From IMG/VR virus record IMGVR_UViG_3300002483_000009, positions 7,149-71,148 of that record: a DNA stretch of 64,000 nucleotides. One strand, given 5' to 3'. A program made the translations under genes and the position numbers. This stretch comes from a virus. This document shows positions 1-8,521 of this stretch, piece after piece. The number at the start of each line of letters is the position of its first letter. Within the stretch, counting starts at the first letter, position 1. Under the pieces are notes generated by a model, which searched no databases, had not been told where the DNA came from, and saw nothing but the letters and a program-made list of their open reading frames with translations.

Positions 1-183
1 ATTCCAGGGTATGCCGTGATGGATTATTTAGAAAATAGATGTCCATATTGTTTCGGAGGCTATTTCTACGTAACACAAGAACGTTTTATCACTCCAATAT
101 ACATGATGGCACAGGAGGCAATTGATAAAGTGATCAAATTTAGAAAGGTTAAAAATGCAGGCAATAAAAAAACTACGAGATAA
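1..183 (+). CDS. Hypothetical protein, 3' part (truncated by the window edge)
   Basis: Frame 1 is open from base 1 (IPGYAVMDYLENRCPYC...KKTTR) to TAA at 181-183 and overlaps the next gene. Confidence 0.6.
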   Translation: MPGYAVMDYLENRCPYCFGGYFYVTQERFITPIYMMAQEAIDKVIKFRKVKNAGNKKTTR

Positions 184-451
184 GAAAATATTCAACGATC
201 AGAGTATTGTTGAGAGCATGATACAAAAGAACTGGATGGGATCTCCCGTTATAAAAAGAAGCCTACTACGTGTGAAAAAAGTAGGTGATGATGACTGTAT
301 TTGCGAAGAACTGGGATCAGCAGACGGCAAAGCCTATAAAATCAAGTACATCAACATATTGACAGTAGACGGACAAGAACCAAACGAACTAGCCGCAGTG
401 TATGGACTTGGACCAAAAACAGCAAGATTCAAAAGGAAAAATACAGAATAA
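155..451 (+). CDS. Hypothetical phage protein
   Basis: 98 aa ORF packed between its neighbours. Confidence 0.65.
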   Translation: MQAIKKLRDKKIFNDQSIVESMIQKNWMGSPVIKRSLLRVKKVGDDDCICEELGSADGKAYKIKYINILTVDGQEPNELAAVYGLGPKTARFKRKNTE

Positions 452-454
452 ATA
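449..454 (+). promoter_or_regulatory. T4-like late promoter box TAAATA
   Basis: TAAATA lies 6 nt before ATG 461 and overlaps the upstream stop codon. Confidence 0.55.
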
Positions 455-460
455 ACAACG

Positions 461-1063
461 ATGGCACAGACAAGCACAACATTATCAAGTGAAAAATCAC
501 ACATGAGCACTGATATCACTGGAACAGATATCAGTATATCTACTAGCGGCACTATTTCATCCACAGGAACTGTGCTGACGGGTTCTGGTAAATTAGCAGT
601 AAGAGACCTTGTTACAATCACAGGTACTGAAAACAATAATTCAACTTTCACTGTAAAAGAAATTGTTTCAACGACAGAATTCACAGTAGAAGAAACAATT
701 ACAACAGGCGATGATGCTGACGGTTCTACAGAGTTTACACTTGACATGACAGGTTTTGTTACCGACAAAGCAAAAGGCGATGGCTACTATTCTCAACCAG
801 ACGGTGTTCACACTGTGGCGTACCATGTGAATAGTGCTCTGAATGACGATGAAAATATTAGCATTAAGATGCAAGGGACTCTAGCAACAACTCCAACAGA
901 AGATGATTGGTTCGACATAGCAGGAACATCAATAGGACGGGACAATATAGACGGATCAACACTTGCTTTCAGTTCTAATTTTACTGGTAATTTTGTATGG
1001 GTAAGGGCAAAAGTTTCAGGAATGAGTGCTGGTGCAGTATCAAAAATCTTATACAACAACTAA
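461..1063 (+). CDS. Ser/Thr-rich beta-strand protein, probable virion structural protein
   Basis: 200 aa, T/S/G-rich; C-terminal FTGNFVWVRA beta-sandwich-like motif; late box upstream. Confidence 0.6.
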   Translation: MAQTSTTLSSEKSHMSTDITGTDISISTSGTISSTGTVLTGSGKLAVRDLVTITGTENNNSTFTVKEIVSTTEFTVEETITTGDDADGSTEFTLDMTGFVTDKAKGDGYYSQPDGVHTVAYHVNSALNDDENISIKMQGTLATTPTEDDWFDIAGTSIGRDNIDGSTLAFSSNFTGNFVWVRAKVSGMSAGAVSKILYNN

Positions 1064-1104
1064 AAAACTCCATAAACACTAGGTTCTAGCAAGATCAACT
1101 TCAG

Positions 1105-1132
1105 TTGACACATTACCGTTATATGTTATACT
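1105..1132 (+). promoter_or_regulatory. Sigma70-type promoter
   Basis: TTGACA-16nt-TATACT with an extended TG; ATG 1139 lies 6 nt downstream. Confidence 0.7.
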
Positions 1133-1138
1133 AATAGC

Positions 1139-1324
1139 ATGAACGACAATGACCTAGAACAGATCAACACAGTTGATGTGAAAATAACATCGGAATCAAT
1201 TGATGCCCATGTTATATGCCTTCGAGAGAACGGATACAAAGTTCTCAAGAATACTTCAGTATTAACCAGATATGCACTTTTCTTTTTACTTGGTGCTTTC
1301 ATAATGGGGAATCTATTGCAGTGA
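1139..1324 (+). CDS. Small membrane protein
   Basis: 61 aa with C-terminal hydrophobic helix YALFFLLGAFIMG; GTGA overlap with the next gene. Confidence 0.6.
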   Translation: MNDNDLEQINTVDVKITSESIDAHVICLRENGYKVLKNTSVLTRYALFFLLGAFIMGNLLQ

Positions 1325-4281
1325 AAAAGTTAAGAAACATTGTACTATCGGGTGTAATGGCCACTACGTTGACAGCCTGTGGCGGAGGTGGTGGCGGTGG
1401 TGCGATTGGTTCTGTTTCTAATTTTGTGCAAGATGATCTGTCAAGTCTTACAGGCAGTGAATCCATAATAAGTTCTTATTCATCTTTATTAAGTGGATTT
1501 AATAATACAATATCTAGTGGTAATTTGGCAGGACTTTCTGCAATTATCACAGGACCTACAGAAAAGGATATTGCAAAGGCTGGCAATCTATTAACCATGC
1601 TGGACCAAGCAGAAACTTTATGGACGCAAACACTAGACCTTATTGAATCACAAGATGCAGACACAAAATTGCAAATATACAACAGTGAAGATTACAAAAA
1701 TGCCCATGCGGCAATATTATATTTGAAAGACCATGTGAAACCAGTGATACAGAAAGTATCCCAAGGACAGAAATTATCTCTTACAGAATATAACAAAGTT
1801 GCCAGTGATAAGAAAGCAGAAGAAATAATCAAGCAAGAAAAGGAAAACACGGTGGCGACATATGTGGCAGACAAGAAAACAAAAATTAATGCAGACAAGG
1901 AAAAGAAAGTAGCCAAAAAAGAAGAAACTAAAAAAGAAGAAACTAAAAAAGAAGAAACTAAAAAAGAAGAGAATAAAGTAGAAAAAGAAGAGGAAGTAAA
2001 AGAAGAGAAGAAGGAAGAGAAAAAGGAAGAAGAGAAGAAGGTAGTAAAAACACTTGGACACGAATTTAGAACAACAGAATTCAACAAGGATACTAGTAAA
2101 TCAATCATCAATGCTGACAAGGCCTATGCAAGAGGTTGGACAGGTAAAGGATCTGTGTTAGGTGTTATAGACACATATCAACAAACAGATCACGAAGCAT
2201 TAGATGGCAAATACAAATGGTACAAAGATTACGTTTTAAATGACTCGATTGTTGAAAATAAAGGAAAATATCAATCGCACGGTACACACGTGGCAGGTAT
2301 AATTGCAGGTAACAAAGATGACAATCAGTTTCACGGTGTGGCCTATGATGCAGAACTAGTCGGCGCCAATGTTGACTATTACGGAAATTCAAATGCAAAT
2401 ATGGGCCAGGCACAGAACGCCTTACATGATATTGTAAAACTTAAAGCAAAAAAGTCTGATGGCGGAGAAGGCATGAACATTGTTGCAGTGAATATGAGTT
2501 TCAACAAAAATATACAATTTAATCACTATGGCACAATTAAAAAATTAGACGACGGCACATATTCATCTTCAGTAATTACTGCAAATAAAGGCAGTTCCAG
2601 TTATTGGAAAGTTGGCACAGACAACGATGTGGTACTTGTAAATTCAGCAGGTAACGGTATGATGGTAGACGGAGAAGTCAACACCGAATTTGCACTTGAC
2701 CCAGGTATATGGGCAACAGAAGTTGACTCTAACGGCAACCTTGTGCTAGGCGGCAAAATGCTTATTGTAGGAAACTGGGGTGGCACAAAAGAAGACGGAC
2801 AGGTTGTAGGCAGTAAATCAGGACACGTCTGTTTAGATATTGTTGATAACAAATGTAATGACAAATATCAAGTAAAAGATTTTTACATATTGGCACCAGG
2901 TAATAATGTATTTTCAAGTGTTGCCGGTGACGGTTATTCTGAGATGAGTGGTTCGAGTATGGCGGCACCGCAAGTGACAGGTGCAGTTGGTATCTTACAT
3001 CAGATGTGGCCACACATGAAAGGTGAAAACCTAGTGCAACTTGTTTTGAACACCGCAGACACAAACATTAATGGATATGATGTCAATATTCACGGACAAG
3101 GTATGTTAGACCTGGACGAGGCAACTAAACCGCAAGGGGCAGTAGGTATTCCAACAACAGGCAGAGTTGATGGAACTGTGACAACATTAAACAACACATA
3201 CTTTGCCACAGGTTCTACAGGAGCATTTTCAAATTTACAGGGACTGAAAATAATGGTGCTAGATGATTATGACAGAGATTACTACATCAATCTTGGTTCA
3301 AGCATCACTGTACAGGATAATAGAAAATATTCTGACACAGAAATGTTAATGGTGAACAACAACACTTTCTTGCCAGTGAATCAAAGTTTTGGTTCTTTCT
3401 CACAAGGCGGACAATACAGCCTACTTAATAATTACAATTTTGGATTTTACACAGGTGAGAACGGAGGCGGAGATTACTCGGCAAACATAGGTAAGAACTT
3501 TATGTTGCATAACAACTTTAAATTGAAAACAAGTGTAGGACAGATGAGTGAACAAGAAACTTGGTTGGGTAATTCTTCGGATGGTATACTTGCAGTTGGA
3601 GACAACAACAACACTAATTTTGGAAACATAGGTGTAGAGTACTTACTTGGAAATAATGTATTGAGTCTTGATTACACTAAAGGACACACAAATGTAAACA
3701 CCACAAGCAACAGTCTGATTAAAAATTTCTCAGACATTGAAACAGAATCTTACAGGTTGGCGTATGAAATACACAAAGATACGCAAACAACTTTCGGTTG
3801 GTCGTTCTCACTTCCAAGTCATATAACATCAGGCACGATGGACTTGGAAGTAGCCGAAAGTGTTAATCTAGATGGAACGATTAATTACAAAAACATACAG
3901 AGTGATCTTAAGCAGGATACAAGGGAAAAGAACTTTGGATTCTTCTTCGCACATCAACCAGCGGATGACTTTGATGCAACGTTCAGTTTCAGTGCTGAAT
4001 ACAGACAGGATATAGCAGGACAACAAGGCGAAGATGGTGTACAAGTAGGATTGAAATATTTCAAAAGATTAAACCTTGCTTGTGGAATTCCAAACACCGG
4101 AATCAAACTACTTGATAAAAAATTAGGATGGGCAAAAAATCCAAAATGTTTCAACGAGGACGGAACACCAATAGATATGAAGAAATTATATGCCGCACAA
4201 AACGGCACAATCAACAACGCAGAAATGCATGGACTCAAGTATGATCTTGAAAAGGACATGTTTGTTCCAATAGAAGAGTAA
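1321..4281 (+). CDS. Lipoprotein subtilisin-like (S8) serine protease with a C-terminal beta-rich, autotransporter-like domain
   Basis: GTG start at 1321 gives the signal MKKLRNIVLSGVMATTLTAC (lipobox LTAC) followed by poly-Gly; catalytic motifs GVID, SHGTHVAG, NSAGN, SGSSMAAP. Confidence 0.85.
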   Translation: MKKLRNIVLSGVMATTLTACGGGGGGGAIGSVSNFVQDDLSSLTGSESIISSYSSLLSGFNNTISSGNLAGLSAIITGPTEKDIAKAGNLLTMLDQAETLWTQTLDLIESQDADTKLQIYNSEDYKNAHAAILYLKDHVKPVIQKVSQGQKLSLTEYNKVASDKKAEEIIKQEKENTVATYVADKKTKINADKEKKVAKKEETKKEETKKEETKKEENKVEKEEEVKEEKKEEKKEEEKKVVKTLGHEFRTTEFNKDTSKSIINADKAYARGWTGKGSVLGVIDTYQQTDHEALDGKYKWYKDYVLNDSIVENKGKYQSHGTHVAGIIAGNKDDNQFHGVAYDAELVGANVDYYGNSNANMGQAQNALHDIVKLKAKKSDGGEGMNIVAVNMSFNKNIQFNHYGTIKKLDDGTYSSSVITANKGSSSYWKVGTDNDVVLVNSAGNGMMVDGEVNTEFALDPGIWATEVDSNGNLVLGGKMLIVGNWGGTKEDGQVVGSKSGHVCLDIVDNKCNDKYQVKDFYILAPGNNVFSSVAGDGYSEMSGSSMAAPQVTGAVGILHQMWPHMKGENLVQLVLNTADTNINGYDVNIHGQGMLDLDEATKPQGAVGIPTTGRVDGTVTTLNNTYFATGSTGAFSNLQGLKIMVLDDYDRDYYINLGSSITVQDNRKYSDTEMLMVNNNTFLPVNQSFGSFSQGGQYSLLNNYNFGFYTGENGGGDYSANIGKNFMLHNNFKLKTSVGQMSEQETWLGNSSDGILAVGDNNNTNFGNIGVEYLLGNNVLSLDYTKGHTNVNTTSNSLIKNFSDIETESYRLAYEIHKDTQTTFGWSFSLPSHITSGTMDLEVAESVNLDGTINYKNIQSDLKQDTREKNFGFFFAHQPADDFDATFSFSAEYRQDIAGQQGEDGVQVGLKYFKRLNLACGIPNTGIKLLDKKLGWAKNPKCFNEDGTPIDMKKLYAAQNGTINNAEMHGLKYDLEKDMFVPIEE
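1915..1970 (+). repeat. 15-bp coding tandem repeat (AAAAAAGAAGAAACT x ~3.7, KKEET) in a Lys/Glu linker
   Basis: Three exact copies plus a partial copy, read directly. Confidence 0.9.
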
Positions 4282-4625
4282 TGCAAAAAGAGATATACAA
4301 AGAAGATTATTTTGGCACTTTGATGTGCGTACTTGTAGACGAATCACGTAAAATATTACCTACATTTAATCCAACCAAGGAACTACACAAGATACAGAAT
4401 GATATGTGCAAGGCAGGAAGTTGGATTGATAGTATGCCTGTTGGCACAATAGTTGAGTCGGTACCACAAAAGTCGATACAAAAATTACAGGCAGATGTAC
4501 TTCCAGAATACAGAAGATTGGCGGCTAACTTGATAGACAAATTCATAGACGAGTTTGAGGCACAGGGCGGACGTAGGATTGAAATCACCGAAATATTCGA
4601 AAGGATGTACAAATGGAAAAAATAG
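4281..4625 (+). CDS. Hypothetical protein
   Basis: 114 aa; TAATG coupling to the upstream gene. Confidence 0.7.
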   Translation: MQKEIYKEDYFGTLMCVLVDESRKILPTFNPTKELHKIQNDMCKAGSWIDSMPVGTIVESVPQKSIQKLQADVLPEYRRLAANLIDKFIDEFEAQGGRRIEITEIFERMYKWKK

Positions 4626-4807
4626 AAATAACCTGTACTAAGAATGGCAAAACTAAGATGGCGGATGTACTGCAACAAACAGACAAGTATATGAAGGTGG
4701 CCCTAGAAGGAACTCAAATAGTCATAGAACTGTTCAGGGAGGACTTAAATACTCCGTACACAGGACATACAGCAGGACTAGAATTTGAATGGCAACCGAA
4801 AAACTAA
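4613..4807 (+). CDS. Hypothetical protein
   Basis: 64 aa, overlaps both neighbours. Confidence 0.65.
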   Translation: MEKIEITCTKNGKTKMADVLQQTDKYMKVALEGTQIVIELFREDLNTPYTGHTAGLEFEWQPKN

Positions 4808-5271
4808 AATTTAAAATAGAACTTTTTGCAACAATGTGGATGAAGGCGCCACACGTGGAAATCATTGTTGCTGACAAAAGTTATTTCAAAGGTGATATCA
4901 CTGCAACAGAAGACAAACCGCAAGTAATAGAATTCACACACGAATTTGAGGAGGGTGAATCATACGAACTTGTTCTCAAGAAGACTGGCAAAACACTGGA
5001 TCAAACAGTGGTAAATGACAAAGGCGATATACTCAAAGACCAATTGCTTCACATCAAGAATATAGAAATAGATGAAATTGATATTGGTTCTTTAGTGTTC
5101 GAAGGTGTTTACACTCCAGAGTATGCTGAACCATGGGCAACACAACAGGCCGAGGCAGGCAACAAATTGCCAGAAACATTAAAAAATGTCACTAAAATGG
5201 GGCATAACGGCAAATGGACTTTCACATTTGGATCACCATTTTACATGTGGCTTTTGGAGAACCTCTACTAA
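4789..5271 (+). CDS. Hypothetical protein
   Basis: 160 aa ORF in the operon. Confidence 0.7.
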   Translation: MATEKLKFKIELFATMWMKAPHVEIIVADKSYFKGDITATEDKPQVIEFTHEFEEGESYELVLKKTGKTLDQTVVNDKGDILKDQLLHIKNIEIDEIDIGSLVFEGVYTPEYAEPWATQQAEAGNKLPETLKNVTKMGHNGKWTFTFGSPFYMWLLENLY

Positions 5272-5277
5272 TAAATA
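5272..5277 (+). promoter_or_regulatory. Late promoter box TAAATA
   Basis: 7 nt before ATG 5285. Confidence 0.6.
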
Positions 5278-5284
5278 TGCTTAT

Positions 5285-5641
5285 ATGAGAGCATCACAAT
5301 TTATTAAAGAAGGCATAGACTCAGACGCAGTTAACGAACTTGATTCATACATCATGAACAACGAGGACTTGTATCGTAGACGTTTTATGCCCATCATATC
5401 AAACATAAAAAGAAAAATAAAAAAGAACGTGTACGATCATGAAAAAGCACAAAAACTTTGGATGTATCTAGTGGATGATGCGGCTAAAGAATATGTTAAA
5501 GAGTTTGGTTCTACACAAGACGATGTTGTTGACATGTTTCCTAAAGAAACAAGGCAACAGGTTGCTAGAGTAATTTCAGACAGAGAATTAGAAAATATAA
5601 AACAAGGCGAATACGATGTACCTCAGGGAATTGTTTCTTAA
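5285..5641 (+). CDS. Putative head-internal protein (N-terminus MRASQFIKE)
   Basis: Start reassigned to ATG 5285 after TAAATA; capsid-targeting-like N-terminus. Confidence 0.65.
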   Translation: MRASQFIKEGIDSDAVNELDSYIMNNEDLYRRRFMPIISNIKRKIKKNVYDHEKAQKLWMYLVDDAAKEYVKEFGSTQDDVVDMFPKETRQQVARVISDRELENIKQGEYDVPQGIVS

Positions 5642-6788
5642 GGAGGACGATCGTTCAACAGCGGTATTTGCCTTTGGTCGATTTAATCCTCCCACAATAG
5701 GACACCAGAAATTATTAGACAAAGTCATTTCGATGGCCAAACAGGTCAACGGAAAAGGTTATGTGTTCCTTTCACAGAAGCAAAATAATAAAACTGATCC
5801 TTTGACTTTTAAAGAAAAGCAAGATTACTTACGAATGTTTTATCCACAACTGGCCATCGGCGATGCTGGTGTAAAAACAATTATCCAAGCACTACAGAAA
5901 ATACAGGCAGAAGGCAGAACCAGAATAGTGATGATTGCTGGCTCTGACAGAGTAATGGAATTCCAGAAACTTCTAAATCAATACAATGGAAAACCAGACA
6001 AAGCAGGAAATGACCTTTACAAGTTTGATTCAATCGATGTTGTAAGTGCCGGCGAAAGAGATCCAGACCAAGAAGGTGCCTCTGGTGCCTCGGCATCTAA
6101 GGCAAGGGAACTTGCCAACAAAGGACAAGAACACGAATTCAGTAAAGTAATAATGGGTGGAAACACTGGTAAAAAGTTATATAACATATTACAAGATAGA
6201 CTTGCGGAGCAGATTGACGAAAACAACAAAAAGTTGTATAATGAAAATATGGCAGATGGTAAACCAATTGTGTATCTTGACATGGATGGAGTTCTTGCAG
6301 ATTTCTTCGGTGGTGTTGAATTCCTTTATGGTGTTGAGCACTGGAAAGAATTGACAAACGACAAGACAAAGGATCTTAAAAAACAAGTGATAGATAGGAT
6401 CACGGGCACAGACTTCTTTGCGGTGTTGCCTAAATTTCCCTCAGCAGACGCATTAATCGATATGGTTAAAAAATTTACGGGTGGAAATTTTTCAATCAAC
6501 ACTTCACCATTAAGAGGTGATCATGAGAATTCAGCAAAATACAAAAAGATATGGATTGCAAACAACATAGAACAACCAGATGACATAATTGTCACTGGAA
6601 GAAAAGAATCGTATGCAAAAGACAAAGCATCAGGTACCCCAAACATTCTGATAGACGACAGACCTGTAAACATACAGAAATGGCAAGCGGCTGGCGGTTA
6701 CGGAATATTATATCAAGCAAACAGAGACTCACTTGACAAAGTGAAGAAAGGACTAGAAGACTATGCCAAAGTTCAGCGGAATCAATAG
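5616..6788 (+). CDS. Fusion of a cytidylyltransferase-like (HxGH) nucleotidyltransferase and a HAD 5'(3')-deoxyribonucleotidase-like domain
   Basis: FGRFNPPTIGH and AGSDR in the N-domain; YLDMDGVLADF and ILIDD in the C-domain. Confidence 0.8.
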   Translation: MYLRELFLKEDDRSTAVFAFGRFNPPTIGHQKLLDKVISMAKQVNGKGYVFLSQKQNNKTDPLTFKEKQDYLRMFYPQLAIGDAGVKTIIQALQKIQAEGRTRIVMIAGSDRVMEFQKLLNQYNGKPDKAGNDLYKFDSIDVVSAGERDPDQEGASGASASKARELANKGQEHEFSKVIMGGNTGKKLYNILQDRLAEQIDENNKKLYNENMADGKPIVYLDMDGVLADFFGGVEFLYGVEHWKELTNDKTKDLKKQVIDRITGTDFFAVLPKFPSADALIDMVKKFTGGNFSINTSPLRGDHENSAKYKKIWIANNIEQPDDIIVTGRKESYAKDKASGTPNILIDDRPVNIQKWQAAGGYGILYQANRDSLDKVKKGLEDYAKVQRNQ

Positions 6789-6942
6789 ACCATACGCGGC
6801 AGGTGAAATAGAAAAAACACCTCAAGAAAAACAAAGAGAACTAGATGAGAAGATGAAGGCCTTTCTAGCCAAAGGTGGCAAGGTAGAAAAAGTTAAGGCG
6901 CACAAACCTACCAAGCAACAGATAAGAGACTGGACCATTTAA
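6763..6942 (+). CDS. 59 aa protein with a SutA-like RNA polymerase-binding motif (not in the ORF track)
   Basis: Translated by hand: MPKFSGINRPYAAGEIEKTPQEKQRELDEKMKAFLAKGGKVEKVKAHKPTKQQIRDWTI; fills the gap exactly. Confidence 0.65.
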   Translation: MPKFSGINRPYAAGEIEKTPQEKQRELDEKMKAFLAKGGKVEKVKAHKPTKQQIRDWTI

Positions 6943-7152
6943 ATGGACGAGTTGGAGAGAATAAAGCAATTAGCAGGTGTGGATAAACTACCTGCAGATG
7001 AATCCATGGGTGAAAATCTATCATACGTGGGTACACAAAAATCACAATATCAAAGAAAACACAATATCAAACCGGGTACACCCGAGTGGTTTAAACTATG
7101 GTTCGCACAACCTAAACTCACTGGTGAAAACCCAATGCCCAAAAACAAATAA
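6943..7152 (+). CDS. Hypothetical phage protein (ERIKQLAG motif; IKPGTPEWFKLWF)
   Basis: 69 aa, abuts the previous stop codon. Confidence 0.75.
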   Translation: MDELERIKQLAGVDKLPADESMGENLSYVGTQKSQYQRKHNIKPGTPEWFKLWFAQPKLTGENPMPKNK

Positions 7153-7155
7153 ATA
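7150..7155 (+). promoter_or_regulatory. Late promoter box TAAATA
   Basis: 7 nt before ATG 7163. Confidence 0.6.
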
Positions 7156-7162
7156 CTCGCAT

Positions 7163-7717
7163 ATGCGAGCCACAGAATTCACAGAAACAAAATGTCCTAG
7201 GACTAGAGCAAAAGAATGTTCTTGTAGCAGGGTAAAAAGCATCACAGAGGGTGAATCCACTGTGATTGCACAATGTGACTTACAACATTCGGATGACGTC
7301 AATGGCAGTATATTATTGATGCAGGCTCCCGGAACTCCAACTTTGATCAAAGGCACAATCACAGGACTGAAACCTGGACTTCACGGATTCCACATACACG
7401 AGTTTGGCGACATGAGCAAAGGTTGTGAATCGATGGGTGGACATTACAATCCAGATGGAGTCGATCACGGAGACCTAAATGAAGGACACGTGGGAGATTT
7501 AGGCAACATAACAGCCGACGAAACTGGCAAGGCAGATTTCTCAATAAAGGCAAGTAGGGTAGACCTAATTGGTGAAAGATCTGTTGTTGGAAGAGGACTT
7601 GTGGTACATGCAGATGAGGATGATCTCGGAAAAGGCGGAGATCAAGAAAGTTTGAAAACAGGAAACGCAGGCGATAGATTGGCCTGTGGAGTAATAACTT
7701 TGAGGGCAAATGAATAA
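7163..7717 (+). CDS. sodC: Cu/Zn superoxide dismutase with an N-terminal extension
   Basis: HGFHIH, GGHYNP, HVGDLGNI, VVHADEDD, TGNAGDRLACG; start reassigned to ATG 7163. Confidence 0.93.
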   Translation: MRATEFTETKCPRTRAKECSCSRVKSITEGESTVIAQCDLQHSDDVNGSILLMQAPGTPTLIKGTITGLKPGLHGFHIHEFGDMSKGCESMGGHYNPDGVDHGDLNEGHVGDLGNITADETGKADFSIKASRVDLIGERSVVGRGLVVHADEDDLGKGGDQESLKTGNAGDRLACGVITLRANE

Positions 7718-7778
7718 TATAGTATTTTGGTTAATTGTAATAGGCATATCTGCATACTTGGGGATATATATTTGGTAG
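7710..7778 (+). CDS. 22 aa single-TM peptide (MNNIVFWLIVIGISAYLGIYIW)
   Basis: Translated by hand; fills the sodC-flavoprotein gap. Confidence 0.45.
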   Translation: MNNIVFWLIVIGISAYLGIYIW

Positions 7779-7779
7779 T

Positions 7780-8382
7780 ATGAAATTTTTAATATTCAAT
7801 GGCAGTTTAAAACCAGACGCAGAGTCAAACACATTCGCAGTGTGCAAGATGGCACAGTTGGCATTTGAGAAAATGGGCCACGAGTGTGAAGTGATAACAA
7901 TGAGAGATCTGGATTATGAAGGCTCTACTTCAGATGTCAACGATGAATTGAAACCACACATAATGAAAATGTTCAAAGCGGATGGTGTAATATTTGCCAC
8001 ACCAATTTGGTGGGGTAATCACAGTTGTCACATACAGGCAATGCTGGAAAGACTAGACGTCATATACAGTTGGGCGAAAGACAACAAGCATCAACCTTTC
8101 TACAATAAAGTTTTTGGAACACTTGTATCAGGCGGCGGAGATGGATTCCAGCACATACACGGAGTCCTATATTCGGCGGCCAGCAACTTTGGATTCACTA
8201 TACCACCGCAGTGCAACATAGAATCAAAAGCACAGGGCATGGATGAGATCACGCAAGACGATGACACACTTAACCAAGTGAAGAATTGCACAATCAACAT
8301 GGTCACATGGGCAAACATTTTGAAACAAGGTAATCCCGCAAAAGACGGCAGGCACGGATCAGTAGACATCAATGAAGATTAA
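7780..8382 (+). CDS. Flavodoxin-fold NAD(P)H-dependent FMN reductase / iron-sulfur flavoprotein family
   Basis: LIFNGS, ADGVIFATPIWWG, NKVFGTLVSGGGDG. Confidence 0.85.
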   Translation: MKFLIFNGSLKPDAESNTFAVCKMAQLAFEKMGHECEVITMRDLDYEGSTSDVNDELKPHIMKMFKADGVIFATPIWWGNHSCHIQAMLERLDVIYSWAKDNKHQPFYNKVFGTLVSGGGDGFQHIHGVLYSAASNFGFTIPPQCNIESKAQGMDEITQDDDTLNQVKNCTINMVTWANILKQGNPAKDGRHGSVDINED

Positions 8383-8521
8383 AGAAATTACAGAATACGT
8401 TCGTAAGTACGTCCATCATGACGTAAACAAGTTTCTAAAGAAATACGAAAAACAGGCAAAGGGTAGATCAAGAATGGGATATCATTCCATGATGGCATAT
8501 CCATATAGAGTAAAGAAATGA
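8372..8521 (+). CDS. 49 aa basic protein starting MKIKEITE (not in the ORF track)
   Basis: Translated by hand: MKIKEITEYVRKYVHHDVNKFLKKYEKQAKGRSRMGYHSMMAYPYRVKK; ATGA coupling to the next gene. Confidence 0.6.
   Translation: MKIKEITEYVRKYVHHDVNKFLKKYEKQAKGRSRMGYHSMMAYPYRVKK

Noticed and set aside
1216-1320. Long N-terminal extensions given by the ORF track (also 5186, 6977, 15744, 38651, 44502, 51837)
   Set aside because: They overlap upstream genes; downstream starts fit the promoter, SD or coupling signals better
1915-1970. Direct repeats as a possible CRISPR array or contingency locus
   Set aside because: In-frame 15-bp units with no spacers, inside a low-complexity linker
7156-7169. 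Perfect 14-bp palindrome CTCGCATATGCGAG across the sodC start
   Set aside because: A single occurrence, partly forced by the common catATG start context; no matching operator seen elsewhere (only a weak 6-bp stem around 9254)
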